A DNA stretch of 64,000 nucleotides from an uncultured virus (IMG/VR IMGVR_UViG_3300027751_000014) (IMGVR_UViG_3300027751_000014), one strand, 5' to 3'. Shown: positions 17,085 through 26,447, counted from the first letter of the stretch. Made by a program: numbers and translations. The notes: generated by a model from the letters alone, not told the origin.

Positions 17085-17162
17085 GGGCGTCTGATGGGAA
17101 TTGGCATACCTGATGGACTTAAAATTCATCGTTTCTCGGTTCGAGTCCGAGGTCGCCTACCA
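17085..17162 (+). tRNA. tRNA-Leu(TAA), short variable loop
   Basis: Loop CTTAAAA, ACCA. Confidence 0.8.
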
Positions 17163-17164
17163 AA

Positions 17165-17827
17165 TTAAAGGTTAGTGAGATCCGCTAACGGGTCAATGAC
17201 AACGAGCTTCTGGTCAGAAGGTCGATACATGATATTACCTGGATGCATATCGTAGCTGCAAACACCAGTAGCACGGTTTTCTGCTGTTCGTAATGTTGCA
17301 ATGAATTTTCTACTACCTTTAGATTTTTTAAGCCATCGAGAAATGGCCACGTCTTCTGCAAGATCATCCTCGTCGACTATACCTTCTTTAACAAGACGGT
17401 GAAAAATACCCTGCCCCTGGAACCAATCTTCGTGTACATATAGATATGCAAGACCTATGAGGTCAGTTGTGTTCATTATTGCGTGGCGATTGAATGGCGC
17501 AAGTTTTTCGACAAGCGCAAGGAAGAATTTTTGTCCCTTACTACCTGTGTATTGTTGCATCCATTTAATATCTGGAAGGTGTGGGTTATTAGTAACACTT
17601 AACGCCCACTCTGCAAATCGCATCCAACAAACATCTTCCTTAGTAGAGAGTTTAATTACACGGTTGTAGCCTGGTCTTATAAAAACAGCACCAAAGCTGC
17701 CTGAACCTTTTTTCTGAAAACCGTTTGCACGTAACCAAGCCATTAACTGTTTTGGCGAAGTCCACTTTGTACGTAAAAGTGTGCGCTCGTCAAATATAGA
17801 GGCTTCAATTAGGTGTCGTATTAGCAT
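17165..17827 (-). CDS. Protein kinase, T7 gp0.7-like kinase domain
   Basis: GSGSFGAVF, RVIKL..ED, DMHPGNIM, VIDP; start MLIRH after GGTAAATA. Confidence 0.75.
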   Translation of the reverse strand: MLIRHLIEASIFDERTLLRTKWTSPKQLMAWLRANGFQKKGSGSFGAVFIRPGYNRVIKLSTKEDVCWMRFAEWALSVTNNPHLPDIKWMQQYTGSKGQKFFLALVEKLAPFNRHAIMNTTDLIGLAYLYVHEDWFQGQGIFHRLVKEGIVDEDDLAEDVAISRWLKKSKGSRKFIATLRTAENRATGVCSYDMHPGNIMYRPSDQKLVVIDPLADLTNL

Positions 17828-17846
17828 ACGTGTATTTACCATATAT

Positions 17847-17934
17847 GGAGAGTAAACTAAGCTGGGCTTAGGGCTGCCTCGAAAACAGTACGTGTCCTGA
17901 CGGGCATGCCGTTCGATTCGACTGCTCTCCGCCA
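17847..17934 (+). tRNA. tRNA-Ser(CGA)
   Basis: Loop CTCGAAA, long arm, GCCA. Confidence 0.75.
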
Positions 17935-17940
17935 AACAAT

Positions 17941-18029
17941 AGAAGATGATCCTTGATGGTGATGGGTCACGCCTGGAAAGCGTTGAGACTAGGTAACTGG
18001 TTGCGGTTCGACTCCGCCGTCTTCTGCCA
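17941..18029 (+). tRNA. tRNA-Ser(GGA)
   Basis: Loop CTGGAAA, long arm, GCCA. Confidence 0.75.
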
Positions 18030-18090
18030 ATTTTAGAGCTTGACTTTTATCCCAAGCCCTGTTATAATATGTTTATATTAGGAGAAGAAC

Positions 18091-18378
18091 ATGCCTTGGA
18101 ATTATCGTCTTTGCAAAGAAAAGGTAAGAGATGATGTTGGTGGTGAGCCAGTGTATTATTACTCTGTGCGCGAAGCATTTTTCAACCAAGATGGCAGTAT
18201 TTGGGCTATAGGTGGCGAAGCTAGCCTCGGATGCGATAAATATGCTACTGACACTGAGGAATGGGTGAAATCCGACCTTCAGCAAGATTTGGAACATCAG
18301 CGCCAAGCGTTTAGCCGCGCTGTCATTGATCTAGACACTATTGTTTATGCCGCCCAAGAGCAAGTTGTTGATTCATAA
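18091..18378 (+). CDS. Hypothetical protein
   Basis: SD AGGAG, MPWNYRL. Confidence 0.7.
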   Translation: MPWNYRLCKEKVRDDVGGEPVYYYSVREAFFNQDGSIWAIGGEASLGCDKYATDTEEWVKSDLQQDLEHQRQAFSRAVIDLDTIVYAAQEQVVDS

Positions 18379-18391
18379 GAGAATTTAGATG

Positions 18392-18470
18392 TTGACATCT
18401 TAGCAGAATGGTAGTATAATACTTGTATTGTTTGAGCAGATACTGAACACTAGGTCTGCAACGCTCTTTT
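18392..18470 (+). promoter_or_regulatory. Sigma70 promoter with boxA-like element
   Basis: TTGACA-17-TATAAT; CGCTCTTTT at 18462. Confidence 0.65.
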
Positions 18471-18561
18471 ATAATTTGGAAACGATTTATTTACATCTTG
18501 CACTACCATTAACAGATCACAGTATATTAATCTGCAATATTAACAACTGGAGGATTTGAAA

Positions 18562-18897
18562 ATGGGAATATTCTTAGAAGATTTTGGGAGTGTGGAAGAT
18601 GTATGCGGCAATTTCCAAATTGACGCAGTGAACGGTGAAATCTTATTCGCTTGGTATGGCGGCGGTGATTACGACGGATCAGCATTCGTGTTGTTTTCGC
18701 GTGATGGCGAGTTATACGAGGTGAACGGAAGTCATTGTTCGTGTTATGGCTTAGAGGGACAGTGGGATCCTGAGAAGACTTCTTTCGAGGAGTTGATGCA
18801 CAGAATTACTAAGGGAACTTTAGGTCAAGATACTTATTACAGCGGTGCTGTCTTCGGAGAGCAACTAGTAGAAGTATTGAACAAGTGGAAGGGGTAA
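18562..18897 (+). CDS. Conserved phage hypothetical protein
   Basis: SD GGAGG; YEVNGSHCSCYGLEGQW motif. Confidence 0.75.
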   Translation: MGIFLEDFGSVEDVCGNFQIDAVNGEILFAWYGGGDYDGSAFVLFSRDGELYEVNGSHCSCYGLEGQWDPEKTSFEELMHRITKGTLGQDTYYSGAVFGEQLVEVLNKWKG

Positions 18898-18978
18898 CAC
18901 CCTTCCCGTTAGCGGCAACCCCGTGTAACGGCGGGGGCGCACTTAGGCGTGCTTGGGAGGGGGCCTATTTGCAAATTT

Positions 18979-19055
18979 CGGAGTGTAGCTCAGCCTGGTA
19001 GAGCATCGCGTTTGGGACGCGAGGGTCCGCGGTTCGAATCCGTGTACTCCGACCA
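18979..19055 (+). tRNA. tRNA-Pro(TGG)
   Basis: Canonical, loop TTTGGGA. Confidence 0.95.
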
Positions 19056-19338
19056 ATTTATTTTGTAGGCACTCGCCTGACCGTTCCGATAGTAAGAGCA
19101 AAGGTCATAAATATTGCCGCCTACACTTTTTTATTTCTTGATGCGGGTTACCTATGGTTAGGCACGGCTGCGCGTTAGCGGTCGGTGACGGTTCGATCCC
19201 GAGGTCCTGTGATACATTTGCGAGTGGATATGGGCAAGGTCAAGAAATACTTTTAACAAGGAATTATACGATGTACCGCCCGAGGGCTAAATGGTTACCT
19301 AGCGCCAAAAAAGCTAGCCAACTGTATAATTTCTTTAT

Positions 19339-19413
19339 TCCCACATAGCTCAGAGGTAGAGCGAGTGACTGTTAATCACTTGGTCGGTGGTTCGATCCCA
19401 TCTGTGGGAGCCA
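19339..19413 (+). tRNA. tRNA-Asn(GTT)
   Basis: Canonical, loop CTGTTAA. Confidence 0.95.
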
Positions 19414-19420
19414 GTTTTAC

Positions 19421-19497
19421 GGGCGTGTAGCTCAATTGGTCAGAGCAGCGGGCTCATAATCCGTTGGTTGAAGGTTCAAGTCCTTCGGCGCCCACCA
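19421..19497 (+). tRNA. tRNA-Ile2/Met(CAT)
   Basis: Canonical, loop CTCATAA. Confidence 0.9.
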
Positions 19498-19516
19498 ATT
19501 TTTAGGAGAATGTCCA

Positions 19517-19690
19517 GTGGACAATAAAGAAAAATTTATTGCAACATTAAAAGGTTTGTGTGATCGCTGCAAAAAGAATCCCGCAAGCGGGCCCGAGCAT
19601 ACGTGTCCTTATGTAGCCGAGCTTTATGATGAACAAGAATATTGTAATTGCTGCGATGATTGCGATCACGAATGTTGTATGGATATATAA
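19517..19690 (+). CDS. 57-aa Cys-rich protein
   Basis: SD AGGAG, GTG start, CDRC..HTCPY..CNCCDDC..CC. Confidence 0.6.
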   Translation: MDNKEKFIATLKGLCDRCKKNPASGPEHTCPYVAELYDEQEYCNCCDDCDHECCMDI

Positions 19691-19692
19691 AT

Positions 19693-19780
19693 GCCTAGGT
19701 GGTGGAATTAGGTATACACAACAGACTTAAAATCTGTCGGTCGAAAGGCCATGCGGGTTCGATTCCCGCCCGAGGCACCA
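19693..19780 (+). tRNA. tRNA-Leu(TAA)
   Basis: Canonical long-arm Leu. Confidence 0.95.
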
Positions 19781-19825
19781 AATAAAGGTTGACAGTCCTG
19801 ATAAATACTGTTATAATGAATTATC

Positions 19826-19902
19826 GCCGATGTAGCTCCAATTGGTAGAGCGTCTGTTTTGTAATCAGAATGTTGGGAGTTCGAGTCTCTCTATCGGCAC
19901 CA
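19826..19902 (+). tRNA. tRNA-Thr(TGT)
   Basis: Loop TTTGTAA; own promoter 19789-19817. Confidence 0.9.
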
Positions 19903-19978
19903 AATTATATGTTGAGCGGTTGGGTGAAAATCCAAAGGAATGCAGACAGTAGGCATGAGCAACCTACCAACATATTAT

Positions 19979-20063
19979 GCCCGGGTGGTGGAATTGGTAG
20001 ACACGCTAGATTTAGGTTCTAGTATCGAAAGATGTGGAGGTTCAAGTCCTCTCTCGGGTACCA
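19979..20063 (+). tRNA. tRNA-Leu(TAG)
   Basis: Canonical long-arm Leu. Confidence 0.95.
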
Positions 20064-20071
20064 AATTATAG

Positions 20072-20148
20072 GGGACCTTAGCTCAGAGGCCTAGAGCATT
20101 GCCTTGACATGGCAAGGGTCACTGGTTCAAATCCAGTAGGTCCCACCA
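20072..20148 (+). tRNA. tRNA-Val(GAC)
   Basis: Loop TTGACAT. Confidence 0.95.
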
Positions 20149-20165
20149 ACACAGGAAACACAAAT

Positions 20166-20360
<195 letters not shown>

Positions 20361-20365
20361 ATTTT

Positions 20366-20440
20366 GCGGGTATAGCTCAGTGGTAGAGCATCTCGTTGCC
20401 AACGAGAATGTCGTCGGTTCAAGCCCGATTACCCGCTCCA
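20366..20440 (+). tRNA. tRNA-Gly(GCC)
   Basis: Canonical. Confidence 0.95.
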
Positions 20441-20458
20441 ATTTTACAAGGAATTGAC

Positions 20459-20713
20459 ATGAGAGATTACACACCAAAAATTGCAAAGAAAGACTTGAAG
20501 CACGGCGTGTATTACGCTGGTGATTGTCGCAATACAGAGATTGCTAGATGGAACGCAGAGGATGAAAACTTTTATCATTGGCGTTACAAGTTTGGTGACT
20601 GTTTTATCGAAACCATCAAACATCCTGAAGATGATGATAGGTATGATGTGTTTATAGTTGAGCGAGAGCTTGACCCAACAGAAGTTGATACGGAAATTCC
20701 TTTGAAGGTTTAG
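20459..20713 (+). CDS. Hypothetical protein
   Basis: SD AAGGA, MRDYTPK. Confidence 0.7.
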   Translation: MRDYTPKIAKKDLKHGVYYAGDCRNTEIARWNAEDENFYHWRYKFGDCFIETIKHPEDDDRYDVFIVERELDPTEVDTEIPLKV

Positions 20714-20812
20714 TTTGTGTTAGTTTAAAAGGTAAAAACAGTCACGGCGGGTTACGATTCGCAGTGGACATTGCAGATTCCAAACTGCACACGAACTATT
20801 TTTGAGGTTTGT

Positions 20813-21052
20813 ATGCGTAAATTGATGAAAAAACGTAGGCGTAAGAAGCTAGGTGCGTATAGAATTAGTTATATGCCTGCCTCAGACGAAACCGTAAAAG
20901 ACGAGTATTTTACGGGCAGGTACGATGAACTCGATAAGTTTTTCTACGATCGGATAATTTGTGGGCATTGTAGAGAAGATGTGCGCAAACATAATGTCTG
21001 CCCGTTAGATACCGGGTGTGCAGCGGAGTGGCACATTGAAAAAATAAAATAA
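20813..21052 (+). CDS. Hypothetical protein
   Basis: SD GAGG, basic N-term, Cys cluster. Confidence 0.55.
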   Translation: MRKLMKKRRRKKLGAYRISYMPASDETVKDEYFTGRYDELDKFFYDRIICGHCREDVRKHNVCPLDTGCAAEWHIEKIK

Positions 21053-21140
21053 GTATCTCCTAGTTTTACATAATTAGAACCGTGTTTTATTGGTGTAAAA
21101 TGATAAATACTAGGACACGATACATTATATGGAGCATATC

Positions 21141-21728
21141 ATGAATAAAACAATGGTGACGATTATATTGTTGCTGTTCAGTTTTTCAGTTATTGCGGGG
21201 GAAATGACCCTGACCTGGACAAACGCAACAAGTATGACTGACGATAGTCTCATTCCTACAGATGTGTCTGATCCTAATTCTTTGGCTAAGACTGAGATTG
21301 AATATGGTACATGTTCTGTAGTAAATGTTCCAGAAGAACCGTACACAACGGTTGTGGTGGATACAACTACCCCTGGTGCTCAAGAAAGTTTTAAAATTGA
21401 TACTATTGAGCCCGGTGTTTGGTGTGTGTGGGCAAAACACCAATTGAAGAATGGTGTATATTCTGCTTACTCTGCCCCAGTATCAAAGACTATATTGGAT
21501 ACGCCTGTTGTACCTGACCCACCCACAGATTTTAATACGATAGAGACAATAGCCTATACGCTAGTGAAGCAAATTGATAGATTCATATTGCTCCCGGTAG
21601 GAACAGTCGCAGTAGGCACTAAATGTGATCCTACACAATATGTAAATGGATATTACGTTGTACCTATTACATCAGTAACATTCAGTGGAACAGTACGACC
21701 AGTTGTTGTGGTTGCTAAATGTGGGTAG
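21141..21728 (+). CDS. Secreted fibronectin-III-like protein
   Basis: Signal peptide, LTWTN..YSAYS; GATAAATA 21102. Confidence 0.6.
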   Translation: MNKTMVTIILLLFSFSVIAGEMTLTWTNATSMTDDSLIPTDVSDPNSLAKTEIEYGTCSVVNVPEEPYTTVVVDTTTPGAQESFKIDTIEPGVWCVWAKHQLKNGVYSAYSAPVSKTILDTPVVPDPPTDFNTIETIAYTLVKQIDRFILLPVGTVAVGTKCDPTQYVNGYYVVPITSVTFSGTVRPVVVVAKCG

Positions 21729-22162
21729 TAATAGTATTAGTATTTTTGGCAATTGTTTATTGGCTGGCAACACAGAAGAAGAAAAACGAACCAACTGAAA
21801 TAGATAAACCAATGAGCGTGGGAAACGTCACGCTGGAGAAAATAAATATGAAAAGTGTTAAAATTGAATGGGACTTACCAACTACTCGTGCTAGTGGATT
21901 CCCGTTAGCAGCCTCAGATATAGCCGAAGTCGAAGTATCAATGTCAGCAGATGCTGGTCAGAATTGGGTAGTGATTGGATCAGTTCTTCCAGACGGAGTC
22001 CAGGAATTCCTACAGACCGAACTTGAAATTGGTGACTGGCATTTCCGTTTAGTAGTTGTTGATACCAACGGATTGCGTAGTGCGAACCACGATGAAGTAG
22101 CTACGGTTCCAGATGAGACAGCGCCTAGCGCACTTGCTAACGTAATCGTTACTATTATATAA
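21719..22162 (+). CDS. Membrane-anchored fibronectin-III-like protein
   Basis: TM segment; IEWDLP...WHFRLVVVDTNGLRS. Confidence 0.6.
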   Translation: MWVVIVLVFLAIVYWLATQKKKNEPTEIDKPMSVGNVTLEKINMKSVKIEWDLPTTRASGFPLAASDIAEVEVSMSADAGQNWVVIGSVLPDGVQEFLQTELEIGDWHFRLVVVDTNGLRSANHDEVATVPDETAPSALANVIVTII

Positions 22163-22169
22163 GAACAAC

Positions 22170-22246
22170 GGGTCCTTAGCTCAGACTGGTAGAGCGTCTG
22201 GTTTACATCCAGAATGTCGGCGGTTCGATCCCGTCAGGACCCACCA
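22170..22246 (+). tRNA. tRNA-Val(TAC)
   Basis: Canonical. Confidence 0.95.
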
Positions 22247-22321
22247 ACACAGGGAGACAAACAGTGAGGACTGAGATACCTTAACCACTTTCTTATCAAT
22301 GACACGATAAGGAGGTGATTT

Positions 22322-22477
22322 ATGAATAGATCACATTATATGACTCAAGACCAAAAGGCTAAATGGGCCTTGGCCGAGAGTCAGGCAGGCCACAAGTTGC
22401 CGCGCACACATGAGAATTGCATTAGGATTCTCGGTGTTGCTCGGCCTGGCAAAACTGCCAAAGACCGGCAACGGTAG
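22322..22477 (+). CDS. 51-aa basic peptide with sequestered SD
   Basis: TAAGGAGGTGAT SD inside a 12-bp hairpin; MNRSHYMTQDQK. Confidence 0.55.
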   Translation: MNRSHYMTQDQKAKWALAESQAGHKLPRTHENCIRILGVARPGKTAKDRQR

Positions 22478-22515
22478 GGTATGGGGCGAAAGCCCCTATC
22501 CTCAAAACAATCAAT

Positions 22516-22592
22516 TGCGGGGTGGAGCAGTCTGGCAGCTCGGGTGGCTCATAACCATCAGGTCGGAGGTTCGAATCCTTCTCCCGCTACCA
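22516..22592 (+). tRNA. tRNA-fMet(CAT)
   Basis: TGCGGGG.., 1:72 mismatch, loop CTCATAA. Confidence 0.9.
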
Positions 22593-22684
22593 TTTTGTGT
22601 TCGTAAAGCGTAAAGTATCCGGGCCCGCCCAGCGCACCCTAAGCGTATTGGTAAATACGTGGACTTTACGGCGAACACTTTTTT

Positions 22685-22882
22685 ATGAGAGATAGCATGA
22701 CCACAATAATTAGCCCGTGTGTAAACGTCTGTGCAATGGATGAATATGAAATGTATTGCATTGGGTGTATGCGCACCTCAAAGGAGATAAGCGGCTGGTA
22801 TGGATACAGTGATGATGAACGGCGCACAAAGATGGAGCAAATCAAAACCCGCTCCTACGATGATGCAGAAGACAATCTGTAA
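22685..22882 (+). CDS. DUF1289-like Cys protein
   Basis: SPCVNVC...CIGCMRT..EI..W. Confidence 0.75.
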   Translation: MRDSMTTIISPCVNVCAMDEYEMYCIGCMRTSKEISGWYGYSDDERRTKMEQIKTRSYDDAEDNL

Positions 22883-23690
22883 GGACGTTGAATATACTGG
22901 CATAGGGCTACATAGCGGCATTAAAAATAAAATTATGCTGTCTCCAGCAGAACCGCATACAGGTATTGTATTCCGCTGTCCTACGCGCAACATTGAAATT
23001 CCAGCAACATGGAATAACGTAACAAACACAACACTGAATACCAAAATTGGTATTGGTGCTGCAGAGTTTATGCTTATTGAACATTTGATGAGCGCATTAC
23101 ACGGCTTAGAGATTGATAATGTAATTATTACGCTATGTGGCAACGAAGTCCCTATAGCAGACGGAAGCAGTTTGGAATGGGTAAAATTAATTGACCGCGC
23201 AGGTGTACAAATTCAATCCACACCGCGAAGGTATATACGAATCCTAAAAACAGTTTCCGTTACCGATGGCGACCGTTACGCCAAATTGCTACCCTCAGAC
23301 GTGAAGCGTTTTAGGATTAGCACAGAATTTGACGGCATTGGTTTACAAAAACTAAATATTATACTTAGTGAATCCTATTACCGAACCAACGTGGCATTTT
23401 GTAGGACGTTTGGTTATGCAGATGAGATTAACGATTTGGACGAAGCTGGTTTTGCGAAAGGCGCAGGCTTAGATAACGTGCTTGTAATGCACAGGAACGG
23501 AGCCCCCATTAACAAGCTACGTGCGACAGATGAGATCATCCAACATAAGTTGTTGGATGCGATTGGCGATTTATATTGCGCAGGCTCACAAATAATTGGC
23601 GAGTATGACGCACATAAACCAGGCCATAAACTAAACTGGTTACTGTTAGAGAAATTATTTTCCGACGATAGCAACTGGACATATATTTGA
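22860..23690 (+). CDS. lpxC: UDP-3-O-acyl-N-acetylglucosamine deacetylase
   Basis: QKTI..GIGLHSG, IEHLMSAL, EVPIADGSS, CRTFG, HKLLDAIGDL, KPGH. Confidence 0.9.
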   Translation: MMQKTICKDVEYTGIGLHSGIKNKIMLSPAEPHTGIVFRCPTRNIEIPATWNNVTNTTLNTKIGIGAAEFMLIEHLMSALHGLEIDNVIITLCGNEVPIADGSSLEWVKLIDRAGVQIQSTPRRYIRILKTVSVTDGDRYAKLLPSDVKRFRISTEFDGIGLQKLNIILSESYYRTNVAFCRTFGYADEINDLDEAGFAKGAGLDNVLVMHRNGAPINKLRATDEIIQHKLLDAIGDLYCAGSQIIGEYDAHKPGHKLNWLLLEKLFSDDSNWTYI

Positions 23691-23761
23691 CCCATCGTCT
23701 AGCGGTAGGACACGGGATTTTGATTCCCGGTACCGAGGTTCGAATCCTTGTGGGTCAGCCA
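23688..23761 (+). tRNA. tRNA-Gln(TTG)
   Basis: Canonical. Confidence 0.95.
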
Positions 23762-23802
23762 AACAAGATGAAAAATTATTTTGAAAAATAATTGATTAGG
23801 GC

Positions 23803-23870
23803 TTGACATTTGTGTAGCATGGTGTTATTATATGATACTTGCTTACACAGTAGGTAAACGCTCTTTAAGA
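23803..23870 (+). promoter_or_regulatory. Sigma70 promoter plus rrn-type boxA
   Basis: TTGACA-17-TATTAT; CGCTCTTTAAGA at 23859. Confidence 0.7.
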
Positions 23871-23879
23871 AAGACAGAA

Positions 23880-24702
23880 TTTACGATAGTGCGGCATGGC
23901 GCCGATAAGCATCCGAAAGGATGTGAAAGCAGGAAGGCTAACACAACCTGCGCCAGCAATGGTCAACCCATGCAAGCCGAGGCTTAAACACCTTCATCCA
24001 AACGATGGAGTTAAACTAAGTAACTTGTGCTGGGAACAGGCATCCGAGGCCAACGGTGTAGGATGCTCTGCAAGGTGACACTTGCTACCAGAGTCAACAC
24101 GGGGAATTAGTAGAGCCAAAGGGTAGTTATATAGTCCGAGTTTTAGCAGACAAGGGCAGTATAGCAGTTTGAGAGTAGAGGGAAGGATCCTGAAACTTGA
24201 AAGACGGTCGAAAGTAGGTTTAGCGACCCAAACGACATTAGGCGTGTTGCATTTTGTAGCTCAAAAAGCTATGAAACAACAGGAGTGGCACGTCTTGGTT
24301 AGTTCTTAGTTTGCTCATGGTGAGCGACAGCTATATGAAGCTGTAGGAGAAGGTTCAAATCCTTCACTATATACCAAAAACGCAAAGACCGCTCCGAGGT
24401 TGTTTGAAAATAGCTTAATCCCTCACTCTTAGGAGAATGGGGGTTAACAGAAGCTCGCAAGGCGGACGTTAATTTGTGGAACGTTGCACGGTGTTCTTAG
24501 CAGAACTTTATAGCTCGCAAGGCTAACGGTAGACTGAACGCAGAAGTAAACAACCTGACGGTGTCACAGCAGACACCTTAAAAAACGCAGCTATGCTACT
24601 GGACATCCTTGAGGATGTGGATACGTTGGTAACGAAGCGGTTCGCCCCGTGACGGTACGCTAACAAAGGCAGTAGTACAAAAGGCTTAATCTCAACCTTT
24701 AT
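23880..24702 (+). ncRNA. GOLLD-like giant structured RNA with embedded tRNA-like element
   Basis: About 820 nt without a credible ORF; many GNRA hairpins (CTCGCAAGG x2), AGGCGTGTTG..CAAAA and terminal AAAGGCTTAATCTCAACCTTT; next to a tRNA array; family call from memory of motifs. Confidence 0.65.
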
Positions 24703-24755
24703 CCCCTCCCCCAATTTACAGTCCTGTAAATTACAATCCCTTGATAAATACTATT

Positions 24756-25274
24756 ATGCGATTATTTCAAATTTTAATAGAAGGCAAGGTGACGGATCAA
24801 ATACCTGTCCCAAAAATAGCCTCCGAATTAAAAAGGATTGATGAAATCCAAGAAGCATTAGATGACCGCGCAATTACAGACGAAGAACATTACGACAAAT
24901 ACGAACGCAAGTATCAAGCGTACGAAGCTATAAAAATGGTTCTATTAAATAATCAAAAAGCACTTAACAACCAACGCCTCGCAGATAAATCCTCATTCAA
25001 ATATGTGATGGAGAGAGGACATGTGGTCGCAGCAGCACATATGGTGTTTGCAGAATCTTCCGCAGAACTAAAATGGTTGGGTTCGGTCTCTCCAGGTCAA
25101 GGCAGAGAGTTGCTTGAGTTAGTAAAACACGAAGCACAACAAAAAGGCATTGCAAATTTAGATATTACGTCTAAGTTTGGTAGCAGCGAATACTATAAAA
25201 AATTAGGTGCAAAACAAATTACGGATCATGGTGAGGATCCTATAACAGGTACGGGCGATAAATTTTCCTATTAA
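24756..25274 (+). CDS. GNAT-like acetyltransferase
   Basis: PGQGRELL...YYKKLG; GATAAATA 24743. Confidence 0.6.
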   Translation: MRLFQILIEGKVTDQIPVPKIASELKRIDEIQEALDDRAITDEEHYDKYERKYQAYEAIKMVLLNNQKALNNQRLADKSSFKYVMERGHVVAAAHMVFAESSAELKWLGSVSPGQGRELLELVKHEAQQKGIANLDITSKFGSSEYYKKLGAKQITDHGEDPITGTGDKFSY

Positions 25275-25283
25275 GGTGCAATT

Positions 25284-25736
25284 ATGAATTTAAGAGAGTT
25301 ACAGAAGTTAGCAGGGATTAAATTAACAGAAGCTTATAAAGGTCCTGGCTATGTTGTAGACATTGAAAAAGAGACCAAAGCTAATACTGACTTCCGCAAA
25401 GTCTTATTTACATCCAACAATACACAGTTGGTGCTAATGAGCATTCCGCAAGACGATGATATTGGTATGGAAACGCACGATGACTTGGATCAATTTATAC
25501 GCATTGATGCTGGCAAAGGTTATGTAACAATGGATGGTGTGAAGACACAGATCAGCAACGGTTTTGCAATGGTAATCCCCGCAGGTGTCGAGCATAACAT
25601 TGTAAACACAGGCAAAGAACCGCTTCAATTGTATGCTGTCTACGCCCCACCTAATCACCAAAAAGACGTAGTTCATCACACCAAAGACGAAGCCGAATCC
25701 GACGACGAGCATTTTGACGGAGAAACGGACGTATAA
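25284..25736 (+). CDS. Cupin domain protein
   Basis: IGMETH..DQF...IPAGVEHNIVN. Confidence 0.85.
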   Translation: MNLRELQKLAGIKLTEAYKGPGYVVDIEKETKANTDFRKVLFTSNNTQLVLMSIPQDDDIGMETHDDLDQFIRIDAGKGYVTMDGVKTQISNGFAMVIPAGVEHNIVNTGKEPLQLYAVYAPPNHQKDVVHHTKDEAESDDEHFDGETDV

Positions 25737-25978
25737 GTCCTTGATTTGCTTACGTGTCCCTCACGTAAGTCTTTGATTTTTAATGCAGATGCGCGCTCTG
25801 TGCATTTCGCAGTATACGTGTACACATTACGAAAAAAGATTCACCGGATCGGTGTAAGTCTTTGATTCCTGGTAAAATCACCCCTTTATAATCAAGAAGT
25901 TAGCGCATTGATTTATTTTTAAGTCGTTGTTTTTGTTGAACATTTAGATTTGACTTTATAAACATCTTTTAGTATAAT
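25734..25978 (+). promoter_or_regulatory. IHF-site cluster and early sigma70 promoter
   Basis: WATCAANNNNTTR matches at 25734, 25766, 25855, 25890; TTGACT-17-TATAAT at 25950. Confidence 0.7.
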
Positions 25979-26012
25979 ATAGATACTGAGACAGCAAATA
26001 CAGGAAAGACAA

Positions 26013-26447
26013 ATGGCTTATATGTCCCAAGAACGAAAGAAAGAACTTGCTCCTGCGATCAAAGCACATTGCAAGAAGTTTGGCGTGAAGGCGAGCATTG
26101 CTGTCCGTCACCACTCGACCTTGGTCGTAAACATCAAGTCCGGTCCCATTGATTTTCTCCGCGATCACGCTGAGACACTTGCTACCCGCCCCGGCGGATT
26201 CCGCACCGCGGGATATACAGGCGTGGATCATGCACTCCAGTCGTGGAATGGCTATATCCAAGTGAACGAATACTGGCTGAAGGATCAGCACACTGGCAAA
26301 GCCCTTGAGTTCCTTGAGGGTTTGAAGGAACTGATGAATAAAGGCAATCACGATAATTCGGACATTATGACTGACTACTTTGATGTTGGTTGGTACAAGG
26401 ATATCAACATTGGCAAGTGGAACAAGCCCTACGAGGTGACGAAATGA
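26013..26447 (+). CDS. Conserved phage early protein
   Basis: DNSDIMTDYFDVGWY motif. Confidence 0.75.
   Translation: MAYMSQERKKELAPAIKAHCKKFGVKASIAVRHHSTLVVNIKSGPIDFLRDHAETLATRPGGFRTAGYTGVDHALQSWNGYIQVNEYWLKDQHTGKALEFLEGLKELMNKGNHDNSDIMTDYFDVGWYKDINIGKWNKPYEVTK

Noticed and set aside
17828..17935. N-terminal extensions of track ORFs (kinase, 15431, 22800, 51273)
   Set aside because: They overlap tRNAs, upstream genes or promoters; downstream starts fit better
19065..19212. Hammerhead ribozyme and extra tRNA
   Set aside because: No CTGANGA/GAAA core; the tRNA-like part lacks good stems and CCA, like the remnants at 11750, 13141 and 20714
23880..24702. rRNA fragment or self-splicing intron
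   Set aside because: No rRNA or intron core motifs recognised and no interrupted gene flanks it
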